A stretch of DNA of 64,000 bases from Clostridia bacterium (GTDB taxonomy: Bacteria; Bacillota; Clostridia; UBA1212; DUPL01), in contig JBMNIW010000012.1 of assembly GCA_050951325.1 (NCBI GenBank), forward strand, positions 704,001-768,000, written 5' to 3'. The notes under the pieces are model-generated. The model was not told the DNA's origin. It did no database searches and was given only the letters and a program-made list of their open reading frames with translations. The translations under genes were made by a program, and so were the position numbers. This document shows, piece by piece, positions 10,243 through 20,377 of this stretch (the stretch's first letter is position 1; every line of letters starts with the position of its first letter).

Positions 10243-11934
10243 GTGGAAAAGATTTTTGAAAGAGAAGACCAATTGATTGAAATGACATTGGGGGATTTGC
10301 TGGACAGGGTAGCCACCATCTATCCTGACGTGGAGGCGCTTGTCTACCACGACAGACCCTACAGAAAGACGTACAAAGAGTTTAATGAGGAAGTAGATCT
10401 GGTAGCACGTGGTCTTATGGCCATCGGTGTAGGAAAGGGCAGTCATGTAGCCATCTGGGCAACCAACTACCCGGAATGGGTTGTCGCAATGTTTGCGACT
10501 GCAAAAATTGGTGCTACTTTGATAACTGTAAATACGAACTACAAGATTTATGAAGCGGAGTACTTATTAAGACAATCGGATGCTGATACGCTCATAATGA
10601 TGCATGGACTCAAAGACTCATGCTATGCAGATATAATCAACGAGCTATGCCCAACTCTCAAGGATTCAAAACCTGGCGAGCTTGTATGCGATGAACTGCC
10701 TAAACTGAAGAGAATTATTTACATAGACGAAAAGGAAGACACTCCAAAAGGAATGTTCCATTGGACCGATTTGTATGAACTTGCAAAGGAGGTACCTCAT
10801 GAGGAAATGAAGAAAGTGCAGGAAACAATAAATCCTCATGATGTTGTAAATATGCAGTATACATCGGGTACGACCGGATTTCCAAAAGGAGTCATGCTCA
10901 CCCACTACAACATCCTGAATAATGGAAAACATATAGGTGACAATCAGAATTTTACCCACAAGGACAGGGTGTGTCTGCCTGTTCCGTTTTTCCACTGCTT
11001 TGGCTGCGTGCTGGGAATCATGGCAATTATTACCCATGGAGCAACCATTGTGGGTGTGGAAAGGTACAACCCCGTTAGAGTCATGGAAACAATACAGGCA
11101 GAAAAGTGTACTGCAACATACGGTGTGCCTACCATGTATATTGCAATACTTGAGCATCCTGATTTTAACAAATACGATTACAGCACATTGAGAACTGGCC
11201 TTATGTCCGGAGCACAATGCCCTGTAAGGGTTATGGAGAGGGTCATTGCAGAAATGAACATGAAGGAAATCTGCATACCTTATGGAATGACTGAAACATC
11301 TCCTGTGTGCACAATGACGAAAATGGATGACAGCATAGACAAGAGGGTCAGGACTGTTGGTCGTGCCATGCCTTTTGTTGAAGTTAAAATAGTGGATCCT
11401 GAGACAAGAAAGGATCTTCCCCCAAACACCCCTGGAGAAATTGCGGTAAGAGGATACTCAGTAATGAAAGGTTACTACAAAATGCCTGAAGCCACCGCAC
11501 AGGTAGTTGATGAAAACGGTTGGTATTATTCTGGTGATATCGGAGTTATGGATGATGAAGGCTACTTCATGATTACAGGAAGATGCAAGGATATGATAAT
11601 CCGAGGCGGAGAAAACATTTATCCGAAGGAAATTGAAGAGTTTTTATACACTTATCCGAAGGTAAGGGATGTACAGGTAATCGGAGTGCCAGACAAGGTA
11701 TACGGCGAAGAGATATGTGCCTGCATCATACCAAAAGAGGGTATGGAAATTGATGAGGCTGAGATAAAGGAATATGTAAGGGAAAACATGGCAAGACACA
11801 AAGTTCCCAAGTACGTCTGGCTGATGGATTCCTTCCCAATGACCGCAAGTGGTAAGATTCAGAAATACAAGCTAAGGGAAAAAGCAGTAGAAGCCTTAAA
11901 CCTTCATGATCAGGTCAAGGTGGCAACACCTTAG
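10243..11934 (+). CDS. AMP-dependent acyl-CoA synthetase (YngI/ACSF2-like)
   Basis: QYTSGTTGFPKG, YGMTETSP, SGDIG, GRCKDMIIRGGENIYP and SGKIQK motifs. Confidence 0.93.
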   Translation: MEKIFEREDQLIEMTLGDLLDRVATIYPDVEALVYHDRPYRKTYKEFNEEVDLVARGLMAIGVGKGSHVAIWATNYPEWVVAMFATAKIGATLITVNTNYKIYEAEYLLRQSDADTLIMMHGLKDSCYADIINELCPTLKDSKPGELVCDELPKLKRIIYIDEKEDTPKGMFHWTDLYELAKEVPHEEMKKVQETINPHDVVNMQYTSGTTGFPKGVMLTHYNILNNGKHIGDNQNFTHKDRVCLPVPFFHCFGCVLGIMAIITHGATIVGVERYNPVRVMETIQAEKCTATYGVPTMYIAILEHPDFNKYDYSTLRTGLMSGAQCPVRVMERVIAEMNMKEICIPYGMTETSPVCTMTKMDDSIDKRVRTVGRAMPFVEVKIVDPETRKDLPPNTPGEIAVRGYSVMKGYYKMPEATAQVVDENGWYYSGDIGVMDDEGYFMITGRCKDMIIRGGENIYPKEIEEFLYTYPKVRDVQVIGVPDKVYGEEICACIIPKEGMEIDEAEIKEYVRENMARHKVPKYVWLMDSFPMTASGKIQKYKLREKAVEALNLHDQVKVATP

Positions 11935-12680
11935 TGCTGCCATTGACCGTAACATTCAAAGAACGATTTTTCTGATGAATCCGTGCCTTTTACAAAAAAT
12001 GCGGATTCATCTTCTTTTTTAATTAGGTTGAGTGTAACTTCATCGTTTGTGCGAATTTCCTGCACATACCTTATGTCAATTGTCTTAATGGGGTTATCCT
12101 TGTAATGCTCCGGCGGGAAAAGGTCGCACACCCATTCAATATATTTTGCATTGTTTACATGACCATTGTAGTCAAAATCACTGTAAACAGGTCTTTTTGA
12201 AAAAGAAATGCCTGCATCATCATTTATGAATATTTTTTTTGGCATTTTAAGTGGAGCGTTAATCTTGCTTGTGTCCGGATACTTGATATCGCAATCTGCG
12301 GGCTTGACAATGCTTCTTGTATCCACGTTCATAAGTACCCACTCGGAAACAGCACTACCCAAGCGTTCTCCACTTTCCAGTTCAAAGGTAAAGTATCTTG
12401 TGAAAAGAATTCTTCTTTTGTTGTCAGGCCAGGTTGTTATTTTCACCTTGTCGTAGCTTTGTGCATACTTTTCTATTTCAAGATGCATTCTTGTCAAAAC
12501 ATAGCAGCATCTGTAGTCTGCCATTAGTTCATTCCAACCACAGCCTAAAAGCGTACAGTGGGAGTTTGCCACATCCTGGGCATAACTCAGCATGGATGAT
12601 AGTTTCCACCTGTTGAATATATCCACATCTTGAGCCCATAACGAAACAACGCCACTGTATTGAGGCAATAAATCCGACAT
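11931..12680 (-). CDS. Acyl-ACP thioesterase (double hotdog fold)
   Basis: DFDYNGHVNNAKYIEW motif. Confidence 0.88.
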   Translation of the reverse strand: MSDLLPQYSGVVSLWAQDVDIFNRWKLSSMLSYAQDVANSHCTLLGCGWNELMADYRCCYVLTRMHLEIEKYAQSYDKVKITTWPDNKRRILFTRYFTFELESGERLGSAVSEWVLMNVDTRSIVKPADCDIKYPDTSKINAPLKMPKKIFINDDAGISFSKRPVYSDFDYNGHVNNAKYIEWVCDLFPPEHYKDNPIKTIDIRYVQEIRTNDEVTLNLIKKEDESAFFVKGTDSSEKSFFECYGQWQH

Positions 12681-12728
12681 TAAATTCCTCCTTCCAAAAA
12701 ATCAACAACATTACAATTATACACAAAA

Positions 12729-13532
12729 TCAGCCGGATTTCAAAATATTGACTGCATTAAGGTAATAAATTCTTTCCTTCAAATCATCTGATATGTTTAA
12801 AGAATCAACAAAAGAAACAGACAAATCAACATCCTCCCAGGGGCAGTCGCTGCCAAAGAGAGTATTTTCTTCAGGATGCTTCAGAATAATTCTCCTTGCC
12901 TGTTCCTTGTCCATTTTTCCGTTTACACAAAAGGATGTGTCAAAGTATACGTTTTCAAGTCCGGTCAGATTATCTTCCACTTCGTCCCAGAACTTTAAGC
13001 TTCCCATGTGGGCAAATACAAACATTGTATGCGGAAACTCCAAAGCTATTTCTCTAAGCATTATAGGGGTTGCATGGACAACCTTCGGACTGTAGCAGTC
13101 CCAACCGGTATGCATAACAACAGGCAGGGCCAACTGGCCGCATAAATCATATACTGGGTACACTTTTTTATCGTTTGCAAAAAAAACCTGATAGTCCGGG
13201 TGCAGTTTAATGCCTCTTATCCCAAGGCTTTTGATTCTTTCAAGCTCATTAAGGCAGTTTTCTCCGTCAGGATGAACCGAACCAAAGGATGTAAAGTTTT
13301 CATACATACTATTCAGTCTTGCCGCCTCGTCATTTATTGTGGTCATCTGACTCGGCTTTGTTGCAATGTTTAAAAAAACTGCCTTGTCCACACCGCATGC
13401 CTTCAATTTATCCATTGTATCTTTAATAGTTCCATCAGTAAAAGGTGTCAAACCACTTATTCTTGCGAGATTGCCAATTGCCTTTTTTGCTATCTTGTCA
13501 GGGAATATGTGTACATGAAAATCTATAATCAT
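12729..13532 (-). CDS. Amidohydrolase_2-type metal-dependent hydrolase
   Basis: IIDFHVH, GIKLHP, AHMG, YFDTS and FGSDCPW motifs; start moved to ATG 13532. Confidence 0.88.
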   Translation of the reverse strand: MIIDFHVHIFPDKIAKKAIGNLARISGLTPFTDGTIKDTMDKLKACGVDKAVFLNIATKPSQMTTINDEAARLNSMYENFTSFGSVHPDGENCLNELERIKSLGIRGIKLHPDYQVFFANDKKVYPVYDLCGQLALPVVMHTGWDCYSPKVVHATPIMLREIALEFPHTMFVFAHMGSLKFWDEVEDNLTGLENVYFDTSFCVNGKMDKEQARRIILKHPEENTLFGSDCPWEDVDLSVSFVDSLNISDDLKERIYYLNAVNILKSG

Positions 13533-13633
13533 CTTTACCTGCCTTTTTCCTTTAATTATATTCCCCTTTTTATTGAATGGCAAACCGAAAGGTGATAAAA
13601 TAAGCGCAAAATGAAGTGAAAGAGGTCTTTAAA

Positions 13634-15646
13634 ATGAAATACACTCCCCCTTTTTACGGCAGCGCATATTATCCTGAAAGCTGGCCAAAGGAGAAAATCA
13701 AGGAAGATATTGCACTTATGAAGGAAATGGGCATGAATGTTGCAAGAATTGGTGAATTTGCCTGGAGCAACATGGAGCCAAAAGAAGGTAAGTATGATTT
13801 TTCGTTCATGCTCCATGTTGTATCGGAACTTGACAAGGAGGGAATTGCAACAATTATGGGCACGCCTACCTGCACGCCTCCTGCGTGGCTTACTCAAAAG
13901 CATCCCGAGGTTATGATTGTAAACTCCCATGGTGTAAGGGAGACGCATGGTGCAAGAAGGCATGCATGTCCGAATAATCCTGTATACAGAGAGTATACAA
14001 GAAAGATAGTCACAAACATGGCACAGGCCTTCAAAGACTGTGATAGCATAATTGGATGGCAGATAGATAATGAATTGTATAACAATGGGAACGATGGCAG
14101 AGGTTGCTGCTGTAATGTGTGTTATGGCAAGTTTCTTGAATATCTGAAGGAAAAGTACGAAACTTTGGAGAACCTTAACAGAACTTGGGGAATGTATGTA
14201 TGGAGTCTGAATTATACAGAATGGGAGCAGATACCCATTCCTAGAAATAATGTATGGCATCATCCTTCCTATCTTACGGAATGGATGCTGTTCCAGGCAA
14301 GGTCCTACAAGGAATATTGTGATTTCCAGGCAGACATACTGCATGAATATCTGCCGGAAGATGTGCCTGTAGGTACCGACATGATGCCGTTTCTCGGTCT
14401 TGATTATGAGGATATGAATGAGAAACTTGATGTTGTCCAGTTCAATTATTACAGATTTACTCCTAATCTTTGGGACATCGCCCTGTGGGCAGATTACATG
14501 TACAATGTACTTGACAAGCCTTTCTGGATTACGGAGACTGCCACCTGCTGGGGAGGAGGTGTTGCATGCACATGGCATAATGATGAGAATTTATGCATTG
14601 CAAACACCATGCTTCCCGTTATCCTGGGCTCAAACGCCAACCTATACTGGCTGTGGAGAAACCATTTTGCAGGGCAGGAACTTATGCACGGCTCCGTTGT
14701 AAATTCCCATGGCAGACCCATGCACATAGCAAATGAAGTAAAGCATATTGCAAGCTCTTTAAGAAAACTTGAGGACATGATAAATAATACATACCCAAAA
14801 AGAAGCGAGATTGCAATGCACATATCCCACCATGCCTGGACTTTGTATATGTTCCAGCCCATGGTAAACGGTTTTGATTATTACAATGCGTTTACAGGAG
14901 ATGTATTTAAACCACTGATGGAAAGTCAATTAAGGTCAAGCGTGATAAGCGAAGGTATGGACTTGTCAAAGTACAAGGTTGTAATTACATCCTTTGTACC
15001 CCATATTGAAAGGAAGGAACTAAACAAAAGAATTCTTGAATGGGTGAAGGAAGGTGGTACCTGGATCGCAGGTCCCATGACTGATATTAGAACCTATGTG
15101 GCAAACAAGTATATGGCAAAGCCTTTTGGAATGCTGGAGGATGTTACTGGTACAAGGCTTGCATTTACACTTCCGGGAGGCAGGAAATATACTGCCGTAT
15201 CGGACAGTGGAGAGGTTCTTGAGTTCAAGGAGAATGCAAACTCTTTTGATGCCTACGAGGCAGATGAAAGTACAAAGGTATTGTATAAATACAGGGAAGG
15301 ATACTTGAAAGACTATGCTGCGATTACTGAAACAAAGGTAGGCAAGGGAAGGATAATTCTATTAGGTTCCATGCCTGCTCCGGAAAGTTTTGCAGGTTTC
15401 ATAAAAGCAATTGCGCAAGAAGAAGGAATCAATCCGTTTGACGCATCCGGCAATGTGGTTGTTCAAATCCGTAAGAATACAGAGACGGATGAGGATGAAT
15501 ATCTTGCATGCGTGGAAGTTACAAACATGGAAGGCTATATTACTGCAATATTTGACTGCGTTGATGTAATTGACGGCAGTACATACAAAAAAGGCGAAAG
15601 AATAATCATGGCGCCATTTTCTTTCAGGGTATTGAGAAAGATTTGA
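13634..15646 (+). CDS. GH42 beta-galactosidase-like hydrolase (no signal peptide)
   Basis: YYPESW, RIGEFAWS, TPTCTPPAW, WQIDNE (acid/base) and WITET (nucleophile) motifs. Confidence 0.9.
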   Translation: MKYTPPFYGSAYYPESWPKEKIKEDIALMKEMGMNVARIGEFAWSNMEPKEGKYDFSFMLHVVSELDKEGIATIMGTPTCTPPAWLTQKHPEVMIVNSHGVRETHGARRHACPNNPVYREYTRKIVTNMAQAFKDCDSIIGWQIDNELYNNGNDGRGCCCNVCYGKFLEYLKEKYETLENLNRTWGMYVWSLNYTEWEQIPIPRNNVWHHPSYLTEWMLFQARSYKEYCDFQADILHEYLPEDVPVGTDMMPFLGLDYEDMNEKLDVVQFNYYRFTPNLWDIALWADYMYNVLDKPFWITETATCWGGGVACTWHNDENLCIANTMLPVILGSNANLYWLWRNHFAGQELMHGSVVNSHGRPMHIANEVKHIASSLRKLEDMINNTYPKRSEIAMHISHHAWTLYMFQPMVNGFDYYNAFTGDVFKPLMESQLRSSVISEGMDLSKYKVVITSFVPHIERKELNKRILEWVKEGGTWIAGPMTDIRTYVANKYMAKPFGMLEDVTGTRLAFTLPGGRKYTAVSDSGEVLEFKENANSFDAYEADESTKVLYKYREGYLKDYAAITETKVGKGRIILLGSMPAPESFAGFIKAIAQEEGINPFDASGNVVVQIRKNTETDEDEYLACVEVTNMEGYITAIFDCVDVIDGSTYKKGERIIMAPFSFRVLRKI

Positions 15647-15656
15647 GAAAGGATGA

Positions 15657-18050
15657 TTGTATATGGAGCTGGATATTAAGAAGCGATATTACAAACTGGC
15701 AAGTTTGGATAGTTGTGAAGAGCCTGGATTTTGTGTATCTGAGAACGAAATAAGGACTGCGTACACAATAGGGGATGATTACGGTCTTCATAGAAGCCGT
15801 TTTTCTTTTGACATGGTGTTGAAAGATGAGATAGAGGTCGGGTTGAGACTTTTTGAAACCAGAATGCAGGGGATTGGGCTTTGGTTTACATTAAAAGATG
15901 GCAAAATACTAATTTACAACCAATCCTCTGGTTTATCGGTGGAAATTAACCACAACATTGAGTTGGCTAAAAAGAGAAAAATAGTATTTCTGGAGAATCT
16001 GTCTGATATAACATTGATGGTGGATGATATGGTAATTTGTGTTGTCAAGATAGACAAGGACAATCTTACTGTATTGGAGAAAGACGAAAAGGTGCTTGAG
16101 GAAGTAAAAAACGAATCCATACCCATATCAGGTTTTGTAAAAATAGCTGCAAAGGATGAAGAAATTTCAAATATCGAGTATGAGCATTATGAGGTAATTC
16201 AGACTTTTAAAGAGTTTAAAAACAGGAATATGGATTACTCCACATGGATTGCCACCGATGATTTGGGGAGAGTCACTCCTGATTACAGTATCGTCGGAGG
16301 TCCCGGAAAGGAAAAGTACGTTGGTCTATTCTATTTCATGTGCCATGTGCATGCAATGGGAGAAAAAGCGCGAGACCATACGAAAATATATCTTGAACAG
16401 GGCCTTGAAGCACTTAAGGAGTTTTTGCCAAAGTCCCATGGAGGACACTGGGCTGAACCGTACTTTGGATATTATCTATCCTATGACGAATGGGTCTACT
16501 TCAAGCATGCCTTCATGCTGGAAGCAGCAGGAGTGGATTTTATATTTCTTGATTTTTCAAATCATAGAACTTATCCCGATGCTACAAAGGTTTTGCTTGA
16601 TACATGGCTCAAGATACGTAAAATGGGATGCAATACACCGCAGATAGTCCCCATGTGCGGAGACATGCCTTCAATATTGGTGGTTGATTTGTATACATTG
16701 TGGGACACCATATTCACAAAGCCTGAGTATGACGAGCTTTTGTTTAAATGGGAAGGCAAGCCCCTTATACTTGGAAACAACGATGACCCAAAAGGAGACA
16801 GGTGGACGGTTTCGGGTACAACTCCACAGACAAGAGAACAGTTCTATGAGATTATAAGTAGGGATAAAAACATACTTAAGTTTTTTGAGTCGGGCAGATT
16901 CCACGAGTGTCTGTCGAAACTGACAGTTAGAAAATGCTGGGCATGGCAGGCATCAAGGTATGAAGAAGATAAAAACTTTGCAGGATACTGGGACTGGCTT
17001 GATTGGTCGCCTCAGGCGCCTGGAAGAAGCTTTGACGGAGAAATTGAGCAGATTTCCGTAAAGATGGGTACCCATGCACACACTAGCACTGGCAGAAGTT
17101 ATTTGGGTAAAAAAGACTATGGAACAGGACTTGGTGACTTTGATTTTACCTTGGGTACTGCCAAGTATGGATTGTGTTTTGAAGAGCAGTTTAGAAACGC
17201 AATGAAAGTGGATCCGAAGGTAATAATGATTACAGGATGGAATGAATGGTATGCAGGGTGTATAAAGCTTCCTGGAAGGGACGATCTTGTTGTTGGGCAT
17301 ACAAGCACCCCTGGTTACTATTTAGTCGACCAGTTCAATCCTGAATTCTCAAGGGATGGAGAACCTATGAAAATACGGAATGGAGTTGGTTTTGGTGACA
17401 ACTACTATTATCAAATGGTGAATTACATACGAGAGTTCAAGGGAATCAACAAGATGCCTGTTGCCAGCGGTCAAAAGACAATTGATCTGAATGGCGGTCT
17501 TTCAGAGTGGGATGATGTCGGACCTGTTTACACGGACTTTGTTAATGATACCGTATTCAGAAGACATCTTTCCTGGGGAGGAGCGTATATGTATATCAAC
17601 AATACGGGAAGAAACGATATAGATTATGCAAAGGTTTCCCAAGATGACGAGTATATATACTTCCTGGTAACCACTGCCCATCCGTTGGTTTTTGTAGATG
17701 AGAGCAACTTTATGAACCTTTTTATTGATATTGACATGAATCATGACACAGGTTGGGAAGGCTATGACTTCATAATCAATAGAAACAGGGAAGAAAAAAC
17801 CGTATCCGTGGAAAGGTTTGTAAACAACAGCTGGGAGTTTGAAGAAGCTGGCAGGGCGGAGTACAAGCTTTATAAGAAATGCCTCATGTTAAAGGTAGCA
17901 AAGAAAATCCTTGGCTTTGAAGGAAAAAAGGTATCTTTTGACTTCAAATGGGCTGACAATTCAACTACAACTGGCAACGTGATGGAGTTTATGGATTTGG
18001 GAGATGCAGCGCCTGATTCAAGATTTAATTTCAGATATGTGGTAGAATGA
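15657..18050 (+). CDS. Putative glycoside hydrolase (GH71/GH99-like barrel) with N- and C-terminal beta domains
   Basis: VGLFYF, HWAEPYFGYY, AGVDFIFLD, WEGKPL, ITGWNEW and EFSRDGEP motifs; C-terminal GRND..FKWADN..GDAAP domain. Confidence 0.65.
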   Translation: MYMELDIKKRYYKLASLDSCEEPGFCVSENEIRTAYTIGDDYGLHRSRFSFDMVLKDEIEVGLRLFETRMQGIGLWFTLKDGKILIYNQSSGLSVEINHNIELAKKRKIVFLENLSDITLMVDDMVICVVKIDKDNLTVLEKDEKVLEEVKNESIPISGFVKIAAKDEEISNIEYEHYEVIQTFKEFKNRNMDYSTWIATDDLGRVTPDYSIVGGPGKEKYVGLFYFMCHVHAMGEKARDHTKIYLEQGLEALKEFLPKSHGGHWAEPYFGYYLSYDEWVYFKHAFMLEAAGVDFIFLDFSNHRTYPDATKVLLDTWLKIRKMGCNTPQIVPMCGDMPSILVVDLYTLWDTIFTKPEYDELLFKWEGKPLILGNNDDPKGDRWTVSGTTPQTREQFYEIISRDKNILKFFESGRFHECLSKLTVRKCWAWQASRYEEDKNFAGYWDWLDWSPQAPGRSFDGEIEQISVKMGTHAHTSTGRSYLGKKDYGTGLGDFDFTLGTAKYGLCFEEQFRNAMKVDPKVIMITGWNEWYAGCIKLPGRDDLVVGHTSTPGYYLVDQFNPEFSRDGEPMKIRNGVGFGDNYYYQMVNYIREFKGINKMPVASGQKTIDLNGGLSEWDDVGPVYTDFVNDTVFRRHLSWGGAYMYINNTGRNDIDYAKVSQDDEYIYFLVTTAHPLVFVDESNFMNLFIDIDMNHDTGWEGYDFIINRNREEKTVSVERFVNNSWEFEEAGRAEYKLYKKCLMLKVAKKILGFEGKKVSFDFKWADNSTTTGNVMEFMDLGDAAPDSRFNFRYVVE

Positions 18051-18164
18051 TGTTTTTTGTCAATACCTTGTATACCGCTATTTCAATTCAAATATCACGA
18101 AGAGTTTTTACAGCTGGTTTGTGGTATAATTAATAAATGAAAGTAATATATAAGGAGAATTTAA

Positions 18165-18491
18165 ATGGCAGAAAATAGAACAATATGTACAAAAAACAAT
18201 ATTGATTATATCTCAATCAGAATGGCGATGGCCAAAGGTGCAAGAACTGTAGAGGATTTGGTTGAGATGGCAGGTATCTGCGCTGAATGCGAAGGCTGCA
18301 AGGCTGAAATTGAAGGTATTTTAAGTTCGGTTTGCGGATGCAAAAATGTATCTCTGGCTGAAGTAGTAAATGCTGTGAAAAATGGTGCCGATACTGTTGA
18401 TAAGGTTGGCGAAGTGACTGGCGCAGGTACCGGAGAGGATTGTGGAAAGTGTAAAGTGCTCATTCAAAACATTATTGAGCTGGGAAGATGA
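18165..18491 (+). CDS. Tandem BFD-like [2Fe-2S]-binding protein
   Basis: Two Cys-containing BFD-like halves (CAECEGC; VCGC...CGKC); AGGAG RBS. Confidence 0.8.
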   Translation: MAENRTICTKNNIDYISIRMAMAKGARTVEDLVEMAGICAECEGCKAEIEGILSSVCGCKNVSLAEVVNAVKNGADTVDKVGEVTGAGTGEDCGKCKVLIQNIIELGR

Positions 18492-18497
18492 TAATTC

Positions 18498-18525
18498 AAG
18501 ACTGTCTCTCTTGAGGCAGTCTTTT
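18498..18525 (+). terminator. Intrinsic terminator
   Basis: AAGACTGTCTC-TCTT-GAGGCAGTCTTTT. Confidence 0.75.
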
Positions 18526-18553
18526 ATTGTACGGAAATAACAGGAGGAATTAA

Positions 18554-19717
18554 ATGGAGAAAGAGCATAAGAAAATAGACTTTAAGCAATACATAGCTGT
18601 TTTCTTCTTTTTGTCGCTTGGAGCTTTTTTTGGTTGGCTTATTGGGAAATATATTGGAAAGTTGGAAATTTCGTTTACTGGAAGAATAATGTCATTTTTT
18701 GTCATGATTATCCTGATGTATTTTGCTATATTCATCCAAATTGTAATACATGAACTGGGTCATTTGATATTTGCTTTCATGACTGGCTACAAGTTTTCAT
18801 CTTTCCGCATAATGAGTCTTATGCTGATAAAAGAATCTGGAAAGATTAAGTTAAGACATTTTTCTGTAGCAGGAACAGGCGGACAGGTCCTGATGGCGCC
18901 TCCTGACATGAAAGAAGAGAAATTCCCTGTTGTTTTATACAATTTGGGAGGGTCCATCTTGAATACTCTGACCGGTCTTTTGTTTCTGTTTTCTCACTTT
19001 AAAGTTCTACATATGCCCAGACTTTCACTTTTTCTTATGTTTCTTGCTTCTAGTGGAATAGTGCTTGCATTATTAAACGGTATACCAATGCGCATGGGCA
19101 TGATGGACAATGACGGATATAATGCCTTGACCCTTACAAAAAACAAGGAATCCAGGCGCTCCTTTTGGCTGCAGCTGAAGATAAATGAATTGCTTGCCAA
19201 TGGCGTCAGGCTAAAAGACATGCCGGATGAGTGGTTTGAGATTCCAAGCGATGAAGAGATGAAGAACAGCATGATGGCGGTTATCGGAGTGTTTGCCTGC
19301 AACCGACTGATGGATAATCACAAGTTTGACGAGGCAGACAAACTTATGACACATTTCATGAATATTGAAAGTTCAATTGTGGCTCTTCACAAAGGTATTC
19401 TTGTGTGCGATAGAATTTATTGTGAACTGGTTAATGAAAACCGTAAGAATGTAGTTGACGACATGCTTGATGCAAGGCAAAAGAAACTTATGAAGGCTAT
19501 GAGAAAATTTCCTAATGTAATTCGTACCGAGTATGCATATGCACTGCTTGCGGAGAAGGACCTAAAAAAAGCGCAAGAGATTAGAAAGAAGTTTGATAGA
19601 TATACAAGATACTACCCATATTCTGTGGAAATAGAGACAGAGCTTGAATTAATTGAGATTGCAAACAGATGCAAGAACTTGGAAAACATTGACTTGAAAG
19701 AAGATCATGGTGCATAA
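18554..19717 (+). CDS. M50-family membrane zinc metallopeptidase
   Basis: HELGH within TM segments and a later NDG motif. Confidence 0.8.
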   Translation: MEKEHKKIDFKQYIAVFFFLSLGAFFGWLIGKYIGKLEISFTGRIMSFFVMIILMYFAIFIQIVIHELGHLIFAFMTGYKFSSFRIMSLMLIKESGKIKLRHFSVAGTGGQVLMAPPDMKEEKFPVVLYNLGGSILNTLTGLLFLFSHFKVLHMPRLSLFLMFLASSGIVLALLNGIPMRMGMMDNDGYNALTLTKNKESRRSFWLQLKINELLANGVRLKDMPDEWFEIPSDEEMKNSMMAVIGVFACNRLMDNHKFDEADKLMTHFMNIESSIVALHKGILVCDRIYCELVNENRKNVVDDMLDARQKKLMKAMRKFPNVIRTEYAYALLAEKDLKKAQEIRKKFDRYTRYYPYSVEIETELELIEIANRCKNLENIDLKEDHGA

Positions 19718-19774
19718 ATTGTTGTATTTCTGTTACATTCTGATTGTTTTTTGTTAATTGTTTTATTGACTTGC

Positions 19775-20359
19775 ATGGGTTTGGAACCTGAAGACTTCTA
19801 TATCTACCAAATGGGTCATTTGTACAAACATTATTCAAAAGGCGGTTCAGGCATAAGGTCCGTTTTGGACACATATATCTACCTGAAAAGGTATGAGGAT
19901 ATTCTGGACAGGGGGTATCTGGATAAAGAGTTTGAAAAAATGGGAATATTGGATTTTGTATCAACCTATGAACAATTGTCTTTTAACTGGTTTGAGGAGG
20001 GGCGAGTTGACGACGAGCTTTCCTTGTACATATTATCCAGCGGTGTATTTGGAACAAGATATCACTCAGTACTGTCCAGCACTATTAAAAAGGCGTCTGG
20101 CGAAGAAAGCATAAAGAAGCTTAAGTTTAAATACCTTGTAAACAGGATATTCCTTCCTTATAACAACATGAAGATTATGTATCCAGTGTTGAACAAGGTA
20201 CCGGTGCTTCTTCCTTTGTTTTGGGTTGCAAGGATTGCAAGGTTTTTGGTAAAGGGTAAAACCAGTATAAAGGATGAGTTCGAAGTAGTTGGAACCATAA
20301 GTGAGAAAAATCTGAAGAAAATGAAGGAGATAAAAAAAGAGTCAGGTTTAACTAAATAA
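19775..20359 (+). pseudogene. 5'-truncated nucleotidyltransferase-family (NTP_transf_5-like) gene
   Basis: EDFYIY..HLYKH..GGSGIRSVLD resembles the C-terminal half of this family; N-terminal KG/D-x-D catalytic half and RBS are absent. Confidence 0.6.
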
Positions 20360-20377
20360 AGGGTGTAGGAGGAGACG

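Noticed and set aside
13556-14578. 340-aa minus-strand ORF, plus other long antisense ORFs such as 48219-48908 and 10666-11217
   Set aside because: They are shadows of well-supported plus-strand genes, with no motifs or RBS
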